Below, piece by piece: positions 48,640 to 61,226 of a DNA stretch of 64,000 bases. The DNA comes from Felis catus (lineage: Eukaryota), in the NCBI RefSeq assembly GCF_018350175.1, contig NC_058368.1, forward strand, positions 52,143,815-52,207,814. Direction: 5' to 3'. Under the pieces are notes generated by a model that saw only the letters and a list, made by a program, of their open reading frames with translations, was not told the DNA's origin and searched no databases. Position 1 is the stretch's first letter. Each line of letters begins with the position of its first letter. Both the position numbers and the translations under genes were made by a program.

Positions 48640-50221
48640 CCTGAACGATGCAATAGTCTTAAATCTACATACGTGTATCTTGTTTCATTTATTTAAAAAA
48701 AAAAAATGGTAGTTTCAACAAGAAGAGGGAGGGTTTTACTATCTGAAATAATACATTGTGTTTAGAATCTGGCCATATTGGCTGAGGTCGGAGGGGCTGG
48801 TACCCTGAATGTCTGGTCATTTCCTAGGAGATTTGAAAGGCCCAGAGTACCTTGTGTAAATTTCCTCTGCCCCAGCCTCCTCTAATGAACTGAAGGGAAC
48901 ACCCTTTCTCAGATAAGGCAAATAAATAGTCCATTGTTTGCTCTAAATTTAAGAGTATCGAAAGAGCTTTTATAGGTGTGCTTATCTCCTTAATATTTCT
49001 GGGATGGCTTCTGGGCTTTAAGGGTGGGAAATCTAAACACAGCATTATGCTTCCAAGAGACTGGAGGAAAAGTTAGAAGCGGGGCAAGCTTTATTGGGAG
49101 GTAAGATGTTTCAGGCTTAAGTGTAGGCCAGAATACTTTCTCCGTGGGAGTTTTCCCAGATTTCTAGTTTTAGTACTACTTAGTGTTGCTTTTGGTGTAA
49201 GTGAGTTGAAAGGGAGGAATCAATTTCTGAATGGAAGCTACTAGATAATAACTGAAGGAATTCAAGATATAAAGGTTCTAACAGATGGCAAGTCTCTGTG
49301 TGATTGCTACATCGATATATTGATTATATTAGGAATGTTTGAAATTTTTGCAAGGCTTCCCACCTTCTGACAGGGCCAGATAGCATTAGTGTAGTTAATA
49401 CGGGATGTGTTTCCTCAGGAAATCAGGGTTGACAGAGTGGGAAGAGCCAGCCTCAGAGGCTGGAGTCAACTGATAGGCTCTGACTACAACATATTATTTT
49501 TCCTGTACTCACTAATTGAACACAAATTTTGTGATACATTTTGAACTTGATGAGAGTGGTTCTTATTAAACTGTATTATTATTATGGGTTTTTTCTTGTT
49601 TTATTGGGCTCTTTTGTCTTCAAGCTTTGCCTTAATATTAGACTTTCTTTGTCATTACAAGTATTTTTTAATGCTTGTTTAGTCATTTGAGTTGGATAAA
49701 TATCATCTTTCTTAGATTGTCAGCTACCAAACACGCCTGTTTATATGTTGGGAACAGACTCTGGAAAAGTTTGAATGTATTTATGAAGAAATAATATTTT
49801 AGCTTTGGACCAAAGTCTTTTCGAGTGTTAATATACCCCAAGAACTTTGGTTTTTAATTACGGTGTCAGTTAAATACAAGACAGGATCAGTTAGGGCCTG
49901 CTGTGGGTAACACTCAGAGATGAAGGTCTATAGTTGACTATGTGCTTGAATATGTACCTACTAAGTACTAATATGTACTTGAATAATTTCAAAGCTGTGC
50001 AGAGTGATAAATGATGTCAGAGATGTATGAACCAGCTGCTATGGCAGCCCAAACTCCTGGTGGGACACCCACAGGGAGGGAGGGTTTCAAAAGAGGTGAT
50101 ACTTAAAGTGAACCTTAAGGGATTGGTAGAGTTTTGACAGACAGCAATGGTGAGTAAGGATGTTGATAATGGAAAGTTCAACAATGGGGAAGGGAATTAT
50201 AAATCAGAAGGAAGAGTTGGT

Positions 50222-50468
50222 GGGGCACCTGAGTGGCTCATTCGGTTAAGCCTCCGACTCTTGGTTTCGGCTCAGGTCATGATCTTGTGGTTCATGAGTT
50301 CAAGCCCCACATCGGGCTCTGTGCTGACAGCACAGAGCCAGCTTGGGATTCTTTCTCTCCCTCTCTCTCTGCCCCTTCTCTCTCTCTCTCTCTCTCCCTC
50401 CCTCTCTCTCTCTCAAAACAAATAAACTTAAAAATAAAAAAAAATAAAAAAAAAAAGAAAAGGAAAAG
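50222..50468 (+). mobile_element. CAN-SINE
   Basis: TSD about GAAGA(G/A)TTGG. Confidence 0.95.
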
Positions 50469-50995
50469 AAAGAAGAATTGGAGCCAAAGCAGAGATATGG
50501 AATGGATCTGAGCAAATCTGGAAAAGAAACATTTGTCAGCTCTCTACGTCACATGACCCTGGGCAAGGAGGGGACCTATACAGCCAGGGAGGTAAGTTTC
50601 ATTCAGAAAAATCTGGAAAAATCATGTTACGATTTAATATGATACTACAGGCATATAGATAAGTGTCTGAAGACTTTGGTGCAGAATATTAACACAGTTA
50701 GATTTGCATCTTAGAAATAACTTTTCATGTTATATTCAGCCTAAAGTCATGATAGATATGCATGATGTATTTTGATTGATATGCAGTGATTTATGAGTAG
50801 TGATGAGGATGCAGTCATGAGAAAATGTGGTCAATCAACTTAAATGCAAGGAAACATAGGCCTTGGAGTTATGCAAATTTTTTTGAGACATATCACAATA
50901 TTATAGTGCTTCATAGCTATGCTTTTAAATTAGAGGGATTTGAAATTAATCTTCTCTGGATTGCTGCACAAGTGGTTTTAAAAAAGCTCATTTCA

Positions 50996-51233
50996 GGGGG
51001 GCCTGGGTGGCTCAGATGGTTAAGCTTCCAACTTTGTTCGACTCAGGTCGTGATCTCACATTTCACAAGTTCAAGCCCTGCACTGGGCTCTGTGCTGACA
51101 GCTCAGAGCCTGGAGCCTGCTTCGGATTCTGGGTCTCCCTCTCTCTCTGCCCTTCCCCCACTCGTGCTCTGTCTCTGTCTCTGTCTCTCAAAACTAAATA
51201 AAAACGTTAAAAAAAAAGTTAAAAACAAAAAAA
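50996..51233 (+). mobile_element. CAN-SINE
   Basis: TSD about AAAGC(T/A)CA(T/A)TTCA. Confidence 0.95.
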
Positions 51234-51562
51234 GAAAGCACAATTCAAATGTAACTTCTTCTTGCTTTAAAAAGTTGTTCATTTTTCTGAGGCATTTATG
51301 AATCTAGACCCTGTGGAGATGGGATCTTGGCACTCAGATTTGCCACTTTTCATAGCTTTTCCCTTCCCCCAGCAGGTGAGTAAGACCTGAGAAGTTTTCT
51401 CTCAACCAAGTAAAATAGAAGAGAAAAATTAGACCACTGATCAATTCTGCTTGAGAAATTTTTAAATGAAGTGTAAGGAAATTTTTTGAGTTGGAATTGC
51501 GGTAATATTAAAGAAACCAGCAATAAAGTGTAGTGCATATAAACACCTACAGTGTCAGCCAC

Positions 51563-51572
51563 CCAAATATGG
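51563..51572. promoter_or_regulatory. consensus CArG box CCAAATATGG
   Basis: Exact CC(A/T)6GG match; function untested. Confidence 0.25.
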
Positions 51573-52336
51573 AGTTTCTCTGCTTTCCCAGGGCAGGTTG
51601 TCATGACCCCATGGGCCGTTCATTTGGATCTCCTCTTTGATCACATCTGATGCTATTGAAGTGAAAAAAGGACCCCGGATCACATGAGTCTTCACGAGCA
51701 TGACTGAAGGAATCTGCTTTCGGGTTCAAGGTTCTAAGGGTGTTACAAGTAGAGTTCCCAGGACTTTCACAGATGTGTTTTATTCAGACTGCTAGGAAGT
51801 CCTCTTTGGGGAGGTGGTTGGAGTATCAGAATGTACCAAAACTTCAGAATAACTTATAAAACATTTATTTAAAATATCCCTGCCTGGAGTCACCTGGAGG
51901 TATTATGATTCTGATGCCAGTTCTCAGGCCCCTGGAGACTTTCCTTTGCTCCCTCTTCACTGAGCTAAGCTGCCACCCCTTGCCCTCCCGCTTACAATTC
52001 CCGAGGCCTAGGCTGGCTACGTGCTGACCAGGGTTAACCTTCCCCAGCTGTGCCTGTGGAGCAGTAGCTGGTGCTGCTGTCCTTTATATTTACTTTCACT
52101 CTTTTCTTGCCCTGGAATAAATTTACTAAATGCAGTTAAGTTAGAAAAGCAGCCTCGCTTTTACACTTTTCACAGTCCCAGTCTCCGGCGATATAAAAGA
52201 TGATTAACGGGAAATCTCTGTCCTTTCCATTCCATGTTGCTGTGACCCTAAAACTGTTCTTAAAAAATTAGGTTTTTTAAAAAAGTATTAACAGAACATA
52301 ACAGCATTTTAATCATCTATGATAAATAATTCTCCT

Positions 52337-52598
52337 GGGGCGCCTGGGTGGCTGGGTTAGTTAAGCATCTGACTCTGGATTTTGGCTCAGGTCATGATCT
52401 CACCGTCTGTGAGTTTGAGCCCCGAATCGGGCTCCGTGCTGACAGTGCAGAGTGGGATTCTCTCTCACTTTCTCTCTCTCTGTCCCTCCCCTGCTTACAA
52501 TCTCTCTCAAAAACAAAACAAAACGGCAACAAAAAAACAAAAGTAAAAACAAAACCCAAACAATAACCACAACAACAATAACACAAAACTTAAAAAAA
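52337..52598 (+). mobile_element. CAN-SINE with (CAAAA)n/(AAC)n tail
   Basis: TSD about AATT(T)CTCCT. Confidence 0.95.
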
Positions 52599-52751
52599 AA
52601 TTTCTCCTTATATGACGTTGATGGAAATCATCCAGTAAACTACTATTTATGGCTGTATATATGACCATATCACCGTCCATCAGGGGCTGCCCTGGGAATC
52701 AGATGTTACGATGAGAATTTGTCTCATGCAGTACTTAAAAGACAAATAAAA

Positions 52752-52988
52752 GAGTGCCTGGGTGGTTCGCTTGGTTGAACGTCCAACTCTTGATTTTGCG
52801 CCAGGTCATGGTCCCAGGGATTGAGCCCCACCTCAGGCTGCGTGCCGAGTGTGGGGTCTGCTTAAAGATTCTAAAGATTCTCTCTCCCTCTCTGTCTCTC
52901 TCTCTCTCCCCCTCCGTCTGCTTCTCCCCTCTCCCCACTAATAATCTTTCTCTGTGTCTAAAAAAAAAAAAGAAAGAAAAAGAAAAAG
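52752..52988 (+). mobile_element. CAN-SINE (older), left member of a tandem pair
   Basis: GTGCCTGGGTGGTTCGCTTGG head, CTGCTTAAAGATTCT, A-tail. Confidence 0.9.
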
Positions 52989-52989
52989 T

Positions 52990-53208
52990 GGGGGCACCTG
53001 GGTGGCTCGGTCGGTTGAGCATCCGACTTTGGCTCAGTCATGATCTCACAGTTTGTGGGTTCGAGCCCCACATAGGGCTCTGTGCTGACATTTCAGAACC
53101 TGAGGCCTGCTTAGAATTCTGTGTCTCCCTCTGTCTCTGCTCCTCTCCCACTCATGCTCTGTCTCTCTCTCTCTCTCCCCAAAATAAATAAACATTAAAA
53201 AATAAAAA
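52990..53208 (+). mobile_element. CAN-SINE directly after the tail of the previous copy
   Basis: Full head GGGGCACCTGGGTGGCTCGGTCGG; the pair is flanked by AAAAGACA(A/T)AT. Confidence 0.95.
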
Positions 53209-54864
53209 AAAGACATATGAATGTTTTTCACAGATCTACTATACCATTTAGCAATGAAGAAAATTTAGGGTTTTTTTTTTCCCTGATAATATCCAGAACA
53301 ATAAGCCAAGAAAGTAAATGTAATTTTTTTTCCAGATATGAATTAAGAATTTCTTAAACTGCTTAGAAAATATTAAGAACATTAAACTTGGTAAGAATGG
53401 TTTACCCAACTGTCAAATTCTGTTGTTTCCAATTATATCATTGTAATGAACAATGAAAAATATCTTTTAAGATACAAAGTGCTTGGTATAATTAAGCCCT
53501 GATAATGATAAAACAGCACATGACTCACATATTGTATCTAGTGGAACAAGCAGGACTGATATATTGAAACAAAAGATCCATATGATTTACAGATTTTAGA
53601 TCTGATTTTAAATTCAGTGAAAGGTTTTGGTGAAAAATAAATACAACTCAGACGAGGAAGAACATATGTTCTTGTTCTGTGCCTTTATTGCCTACACAAG
53701 AAAAAACTCAGATAATTTTAAAATGTATAGACATCATTAATTTTGAATTCTACCTTTTAATCAAAAGACGGTAGCAGATATTGAAGGACGTTCATCTGTT
53801 TTCTAACCTCAATGTGTGGTGTAATCAGAAGCTGCATTGTGGATCTAAATGGAAATAAAGAATTAGATACTATATTCATTTCTTCATATAAAGGACTATT
53901 ATGCTGTGAAGAGATTCCATACTGTCAGATATCACAGAAGCTAGAAATGGGAAAGACACATTAGGTCATCTGGTTGGTCTCTGTACTGAGGACAGCATTG
54001 TTTGGTACAATATACTCTACAGTGTTTCATAATGTCGAAATATTCTAAAAGATTAAACCCAAGCAAAAATATCTTGTAACCCTGAGTAGTGAAGTAAATC
54101 AAAGTGATGGGAGATTAGATTACTCCTCAAAGAAGCATCTATGCCCTAGAAGTCTACTAATGCATGAGGAAGTTATTGAGAAAAGCAATTGTTAAGAGAG
54201 TAAGGAATATAAAACACTGCCACAACAGAGTATTGGGTTGGAGAAGGCAATGTCGAAGTGACCCAGAATCAGGAGAGACTCAGACATAAATTCAAGATGT
54301 TAGAAGACATCCCCTAGTGATAGATACTGTACGTTCTCTAAAGTTCATTTAGAGGTGAAGAAAATGATTAAAATCAAGACTGAAATACGGAGTAACTTCT
54401 ATTGTGTGTGGGAGGAAGCAAAGAGCATCAAAGAAGAGAAGCAAAGGCATCAAAATGTGGAGAAGAAACCACCAGGCCGTGTCCTTCCTGTCACATAAAC
54501 AGCTTCTGAAGAGCAATATTCTCAAGGAAGCCTTATTGTGGCAACTAGAGAACTATTATCCTCTCAGTCAAACCAGCTTACAGGGGGATTTGTAGAGCTA
54601 CTCTTCTCAGTATATATATGAAGGTAATCCCCTCACAACTCCATTTCTTGTTCCCAATGGAGAGAAGAAAACAAAGAAAACATCTCACAGGGATTCACAT
54701 ATGTCTCATAATCCATCTCCACAATATACTTATGAGGTAGATTAGTCCATTGAACACATGAAAAAATTAGAGCTTCAAGATATCAAGGAATTTGACCAAG
54801 ATTGACAGTCACTGGTCTGTCTGATTCCAAAATTATCCTGCTTCACCAAGTGCATCTATGTACC

Positions 54865-55087
54865 TTTTTTTTTTAATGTTTATTTATTTTTGAGAGAGAG
54901 AGGGACCGAGACAGAGTGCAAGTGGGGTAAGGGCAGAGAGAGAGGGAGACACAGAATCCCAAGCAGGTTCCAGGCTCTGAGCTGTCAGCACAGAACCTGA
55001 CACAGGGCTTGAACCCATGAACCATGAGATAGATCATGACCTGAGCCAAAGTCGGATGCTTAACTGACCAAGCCACCCAGGTGCCCC
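54865..55087 (-). mobile_element. CAN-SINE
   Basis: TSD ATCTATGT(A/G)CCTTT. Confidence 0.96.
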
Positions 55088-55276
55088 ATCTATGTGCCTT
55101 TCTAAAATAGTTTTATTGTGAACTGAAAGGCATGTATATCAGTGTCCATACATTAATTAGTTAATTATTATTTGCCCCCCTTGTCTGGATGTTCCATAAA
55201 TACATGCCCATATTTTAGATTACCCACTTTACCTAATGAGTGACTCCAAGAGCCGGGCCTCACACTCTCTTACTTT

Positions 55277-55681
55277 TTTATTTTTTTCAGTTTTGTTTTA
55301 ATTAATTAATTAATTAATTTTTAAAAAAAATTTACATCCAAATTAGTTAGCATATAGTGCAACAATGATTTCAGGAGTAGATTCCTTAATGCCCCTTACC
55401 CATTTTAGCTCATCCCTCCTCCCACAACCCCTCCAGTGACCCTCTGTTCTCCATATTTAAGAGTCTTTTATGTTTTGTCCCCCTCTCTGTTTTTATATTA
55501 TTTTTTCTTCCCTTCCCTTGTGTTCATCTGTTCTGTGTCTTAAATTCCTTATATGAATGATGTCATATGATATTTGTCTTTCTCTGACTGACTAATTTCA
55601 CTTAGCATAATACCCTCCAGTTCCATCCACAAAGTTGCAAATGGCAAGATTTCATTCTTTTTGATTGCCGAGTAATATTCC

Positions 55682-55720
<39 letters not shown>

Positions 55721-56052
55721 ATATATATATATACATATATAGAGAGAGATATATATCTTTATACATTCATCCATGGATGGACATTTGGGCTCCATCCATG
55801 GATGGACATATATCCATCTTCTTTATCCATTCATCCATTCATATATCCATTCATATATCTTTATCCATTCATTCATGGATGGACATTTGGGCTCCTTCCA
55901 TACTTTGGCTATTGTTGATAGTGCTGCTATAAACATTGGGGTGCATTTGCTCCTTCGAAACAGCACTCCTGTATCTCTTGGATAAATATCTAGTAGGGAG
56001 TGCAATTGCTGGGTCGTAAGGTAGTTCTATTTGTAATTTTTTGAGAAACCTC
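55277..56052 (-). mobile_element. 5'-truncated carnivore/felid L1 with perfect 16-bp TSD
   Basis: TSD CACACTCTCTTACTTT at 55261-55276 and 56053-56068; ORF track shows L1 ORF2 C-terminal MWRFLKKLQIELPYDPAIAL. Confidence 0.95.
55684..55756. repeat. compound (TG)n(TA)n(GA)n microsatellite inside L1
   Basis: Directly visible. Confidence 0.95.
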
Positions 56053-56999
56053 CACACTCTCTTACTTTAACTTCTGTTTCACTGGGAACATACTCTCAGG
56101 CTCCTTTAGCCCATGTTCTCCTTTCTCCAACCTGTAAACACTGATGTCCTCAAAGGTAAGTCCTGGGCCCTCTTCTAATTTCTCTTTAAATTGTCTTCCT
56201 AGATTTTATCTATTTCCGTAGCTTTATACTTCATCTATAAAATATAAACCTAGGATGAATCCTATATTTATATGTCTAACCAAAATTCTTATTTGTGGTT
56301 AACCCAGAAGAGAAACTAAGACTGGAGGTGGTGGTCAAGTGAACTTAGTCTAATTGTTCATATTATTTCATGTTTTGTTTTGTTTTTTTCATTAAGAAAA
56401 AAGCTATTTTGGCATTTCCTATGAAATTAAAATTAATAATTTCTAGAAGAATCTCCCTTGGGATTTTTTAATCAACCTGGACAACATGAACCCAAAACAG
56501 AAAATGGAGTCAAGAATCTGCGGCCAGAATAAGCAAAAATGTTTATGTTTTGTCTTACCGAAGCTAATTCTTTCTGGTTTTGCCATATGCTGCATTTGAG
56601 TGTTGGAGACACAAGCTTCGACTGGTCAGGAGATCAAGTCCAGTGAGGAACAGAGTGAAGAATTTCTGGGGATTATATTCATTTAGGAAAACAATCTAGA
56701 GTCATCTTCTGGTAAGGACAGGGGCAGAGCACTGCCAGGATTATGACTTGTCTTTAGGAAGTATTTAATACTGTTGTTGGATAAGCAGCTGAGACCCAAG
56801 AATACAAAGGTCCTGGGACAGCATGATAAAAGAGCATAAGCAAGTATTTGATGACAGCCACACTCATTGACAAAGCAACCATTCTTTGCCTCAACTTATT
56901 CTTCACTCTCATCTCCAACTAACTTCAGGATTGACATGATGTATGCACTGCGTTTTCACAGGTTTTATTTTATAAATCCCTATCCCCTTGTCTCCACTG

Positions 57000-57560
57000 T
57001 GGACTCCATAAATCCATTCTTCACCCAGCAACCAAAGTGATTCTCTAGAAATATTTCTCACTCGCGTCACTTGAATGGCTCCTCATTACACTTGAAATGA
57101 AATCCAAATCCGTCATTTGGTCTCCAGGCCACACTTGATTGGACACTAGACCCATTCTCCCATTTCCTTCCTACCCCTCACCTACTCACTCTACCTCAGG
57201 TACATAGGACTTCTTGCTTTTCTTAAACATGGATGCACATTCTGCTATTACCTATTCCTGGAATTCTTAGAATATTCTTCCCAGAGACATCCCCATCTTT
57301 ATTCATTCTGGTCTCAGAATGAACAAAGAAAATCCCATGTTTGCCTCTCTATCAAAAATGCCACCCCCTACGACATGACTCGTTTCATTGCTATGCTTTT
57401 ATTCACAGAGCCTGATACTGTATTTCTTAAATGTTTTTGTTTTCTTCGTGACTGTGAGCTCCAAAGGAGCAGGAAACTTGTCTCTGTATTTCTTTTCTGT
57501 ACAACTAAGTTTAGGATAGTTATTGAAACGTATTGGACATGGAGTGAATTAATTAATTAT
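57000..57560 (+). mobile_element. L2 3' region
   Basis: ATCCATTCTTCACCCAGCAACCAAAGTGATT; GACTGTGAGCTCCAAAGGAGCAGG. Confidence 0.75.
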
Positions 57561-58174
57561 GAACAAAGAACTAGAACTAAGAGACTAGCCCAATGTCACA
57601 ATCCTGTGAGAGTTAGAAGCACATTTTGAATTCCAGTTTTCTTAATTCAACCCAGTGTTCTTTCTACTAAACCAAAGATGTCATATTTATTTGTGTAAAT
57701 GCATTTTTGGTTATCAGGTTATTTAATAAAAGATTATAATGGTGAGTTATTTTTTTCTTAGAGAAATATACGAACTGACTAAGTACTTGCTTCTGAAGTC
57801 ACCTATGCTTGATGAAAATCTTTAGGGAAAGGAAAAAAGTGGTCGGGTGCATGAGAGAAACTCATTATCAGCGCTAGTGTTGAGATTTGAACCCCAAAGC
57901 CGATATGGTTCCAAGTTCCTGGGTTCCATTTGTGGTGCTTATATCCTGAATGAAGTTGAAGAGATCTATAAGATATGAGTATGATTTGCATCCAAATAAT
58001 TCTAGCACACGTCATTTTGAAACTGAAGCTATGGAACAATATCTGCTGATGCTGAGGTAATCTAAAATTGCAGGAAGAAAGTAGCACTACTAGAAAATAT
58101 TGGCTATCACCTGGTGGCTACTGGGTTTTCTACTCGGTGAACAGGAGAGGATCTTACCTTGAAACTCCAATCCT

Positions 58175-58407
58175 GGGGCGCCTGGGTGGCGCAGTCGGTT
58201 AAGCGTCCGACTTCAGCCAGGTCACGATCTCGCGGTCCGTGAGTTCGAGCCCCACGTCGGGCTCTGGGCTGATGGCTCGGAGCCTGGAGCCTGTTTCCGA
58301 TTCTGTGTCTCCCTCTCTCTCTGCCCCTCCCCCGTTCATGCTCTGTCTCTCTCTGTCCCAAAAATAAATAAAAACGGAGGAAAAAAAAAAAAAAAAAAAA
58401 AAAAAAA
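58175..58407 (+). mobile_element. very young CAN-SINE (SINEC_Fc-like)
   Basis: CpG-rich, A box TGGCGCAGTCGG, B box GTTCGAGCC, pure A27 tail, perfect TSD GAAACTCCAATCCT. Confidence 0.98.
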
Positions 58408-59559
58408 GAAACTCCAATCCTACATACAGTAGACTTTCACTGGTATTGGAATAACTTAACTTCTGGATTTATAATTTACCTGCAAAATAATTCAAATAAT
58501 TCCCTAATATCTGGATTTTTACCATGAAAACAGGCCATAGGTCGTGAAACAGTTGCTCTTTTGCCCACATGAAACATGACAGCAGGAGAGTCAGCAACCA
58601 ACAACACTCAGCCAGATAACCTGCTTCCCCAAAACAGTTGCCTAACACTCTCACGTACAGATTCCTGCCCTTACTGTACTTTTGTGGCTATCACAATGCA
58701 TTAAGTACATCATCGACTAATGGACTGTATATAAATCCAACTGTGCTTGTTCCAAGGGTAATCTCTCTCCCTCCCTGGCTAATTTTCCTATGGTAGATTT
58801 ATTCCCTTTTTGGGAAAATGCATTTACCCCCTTTCCAAATATTTAGTTCAGTGAGCTCACTTCTGGAATCCAGAAGTCTGGAGTCTTTAAGATTTGGCAG
58901 ATAAAAGATGATCCCTTTTGAGAATGTAGCTTAAATACAATGAGTTTTGCGCATTCTAATGGAATCAAAATGTAAGCTTACACATGCAGAGTTATTTCAA
59001 CATTGTGGATTATCACTTAAAGAAAGCAGTTTGTGTCAGATCTAAAAGGCAAGAACCTTATATTATAGTGGTTTATGACTAAGTCAAATGCATATCTGCC
59101 TTCTCAATAATTTATCTTATTTTATCATCACTTGAGAGGGGTATAAAGACAGTAGGAAATATATCATGTTCATTGGCATATTACAATAAAATACACTGAC
59201 AGTTAAAATAATTTGTAGGAGAAAATTTCCAGAACTCATGCTGAGAAAACTCAGTTGTTCATCTTTGGCTAGGCCAGGGAAGGCAGAGGAATCAAAAGAC
59301 ATCATACAAATTGCAAAACTCTTAAGCTTCCATAATGATTCTACTGCAATCGATAGTTCTCTATACACAAGAAGAAAGACAAAGCATTCAGATATACAAG
59401 TTTCAGAATGAAATACGTATGGGAATTATCACAAAAGTCATTACATTTTATTTCAAGCCTGCTAGGTGCCATATCGTTGAGAAGTTGTCACTTAGAAGTG
59501 TAATTTATTTACCCAGTAAGTAGGTTCCACTGTGCACCCATGTGACTACAAAGTGCAGC

Positions 59560-59790
59560 ATAGCTAATATTTATTGAGCATTCACTACATTCACTACGTG
59601 TTCCAGTTCTCAGGTTTTAATTCTCAAAACAACTCCACGAGGTAGATACTATTAATATTATAATCCCTGCTTTACAGATGAGAATATCAGGACTTAAAAC
59701 GGCTAGCTGTACAAAGGATCGTCAGGTAACTTGTCATGGAGAATAGGCATGAAGCCAGTTCTGTCAGCCAGAATTCTAAGGCTTTCAGAG
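59560..59790 (-). mobile_element. MIR
   Basis: TAGCTAATATTTATTGAGCATTCACTA...TTTACAGATGAGAA. Confidence 0.85.
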
Positions 59791-60073
59791 CGTAAACACC
59801 ACTCTCTTTCCTTCCAATGGTCGGGACAGTTGCAAAGGTTAAGAGATGGGGACGTCAAGAGCTAGTGGTAGATTGTAGGCCATGTGACACTTCCAAGCAG
59901 GCCTCACTGTCCCATGGGCTCTCTCTGCTGTACCTCTCTGGAATTACCTCTCATGTTGCCCGGGCCTAGCTGGAAACTTCTTAATTATTTCCCTTCCCAA
60001 ACACCTAGGTCAAACAGGAATGGTCTACAAAAGGATTAATTACAGCAGATAGAAAGCATGAATTTACCTTTTC

Positions 60074-60098
60074 GTGTGTGTGTGTGTGTGTGTGTGTG
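60074..60098. repeat. (TG)n microsatellite
   Basis: Directly visible. Confidence 0.9.
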
Positions 60099-60451
60099 CT
60101 AAATCTGAGTTGGCCACAGAAAACGTACTGACTCAGTCTCCTCTTTTCTTTTGTTGTCAATTGCTTCAAAATTTTATTCCAAGATTTGTCACCTAATTTT
60201 CTCAGTCAGTGTTGTGAGAATGCCAGCTATTGTATTCTATAAAAACTCTTATCTCCAATGTCATCTTTGGGGCCTGTGTAATTTATTTATGCAACGATCA
60301 GGGTCAGTCCCTGTGACTTCCCTTACCTCCATGCTTACAGGGGAGAGCATTCTCTTCTTTTGCATTAGGGTGTATTACTATGTTCTCACATCAGGAAGCA
60401 AGAATTCGATCTCGTGTTTTCTTTCCTCTGTCTTCCAAATTATTTTTAGTT

Positions 60452-61195
60452 AATGTGTTGCCAGCAGAGTTCTGAGAGAGAGTGCCAGTAGCCAATTCCA
60501 TACCCCTTCTCTCCTTTTCAATGAAATCCCAATTTTCAGCTGACCATAGGGCCACTTCAAATACAAATGATAATGCCAAGGCAATTTGAGGCCGTTGTAC
60601 CCATCCAGTTTAGATGTGAAAGAGTGCATATGTTGGAAGAGACTTTTAAGAAGACCCTTTAAAAAATATATTTTTTAATGTTTATTTATTTTTGACAGAG
60701 AGAAAGAGACAGAGCCTGAGTGGGGGAGGGGCAGAGAGAGAGGGAGACCCAGAATCTGAAGCAGGCTCCAGGCTCTGAGCTGTCCGCACAGAGCCCAACG
60801 TGGGGCTCGAACCCACAGACCACGAGATCATGACCTGAGCCGAAGTCAGATGCCCAACCGACTGACCCACCTAGGCACCCCTAAGAAGACCCTTTAAAGG
60901 GATTTTAGAGGAAGCCTCATTTTTTCTTTCTCATATTCTTCTTTCTGTTGTCTGGAATGTGAGTGAGATGGTTAGCATTCTAACATCCATTCTGGATCAT
61001 GATGTTACCCTAAGAATGGAAGCAATCCACCAAAAATGGTAGAGTGGGAAAGAAAGGAGATCCTGGGTGTCTGGAGACCCAATGGGCCTGCCACACCAGT
61101 CCTGGTCTTTCTGACCCTCATCTTTTACATGGGAAAATACACACCTGAGTGGTTGAGCCACTTTTATTTTGGAGTTACTGTTATTCCTACCTGAT
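60452..61195 (+). mobile_element. MLT1J-like MaLR LTR interrupted by a SINE
   Basis: TCTGGAATGTGAGTGAGATGG, GCCTGCCACACCAGTCCTGG, GAGCCACTTTTATTTTGG motifs. Confidence 0.7.
60661..60881 (-). mobile_element. CAN-SINE
   Basis: TSD TAAGAAGACCCTTTAAA. Confidence 0.96.
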
Positions 61196-61226
61196 ATAAG
61201 ATACTTTTAAAAATAAAAATAATTAT

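Noticed and set aside
50825..51301. 158-aa ORF, the longest in the track
   Set aside because: Non-ATG start; the C-terminal half is SINE translation
42816..53208. Run of seven consecutive plus-strand SINEs
   Set aside because: Overall orientation is roughly balanced (19 plus, 15 minus), and a run of this length among 34 copies is not clearly beyond chance
6778..58407. tRNA-like sequences with A and B boxes
   Set aside because: These are tRNA-derived SINE heads followed by the SINE body, (CT)n and poly-A, not tRNA genes
9579..60870. Recurrent ORF family MAQSVKRPTSAQVMI...LSLSQK that looks like a paralogous small-protein family
   Set aside because: Every copy is the translation of a CAN-SINE
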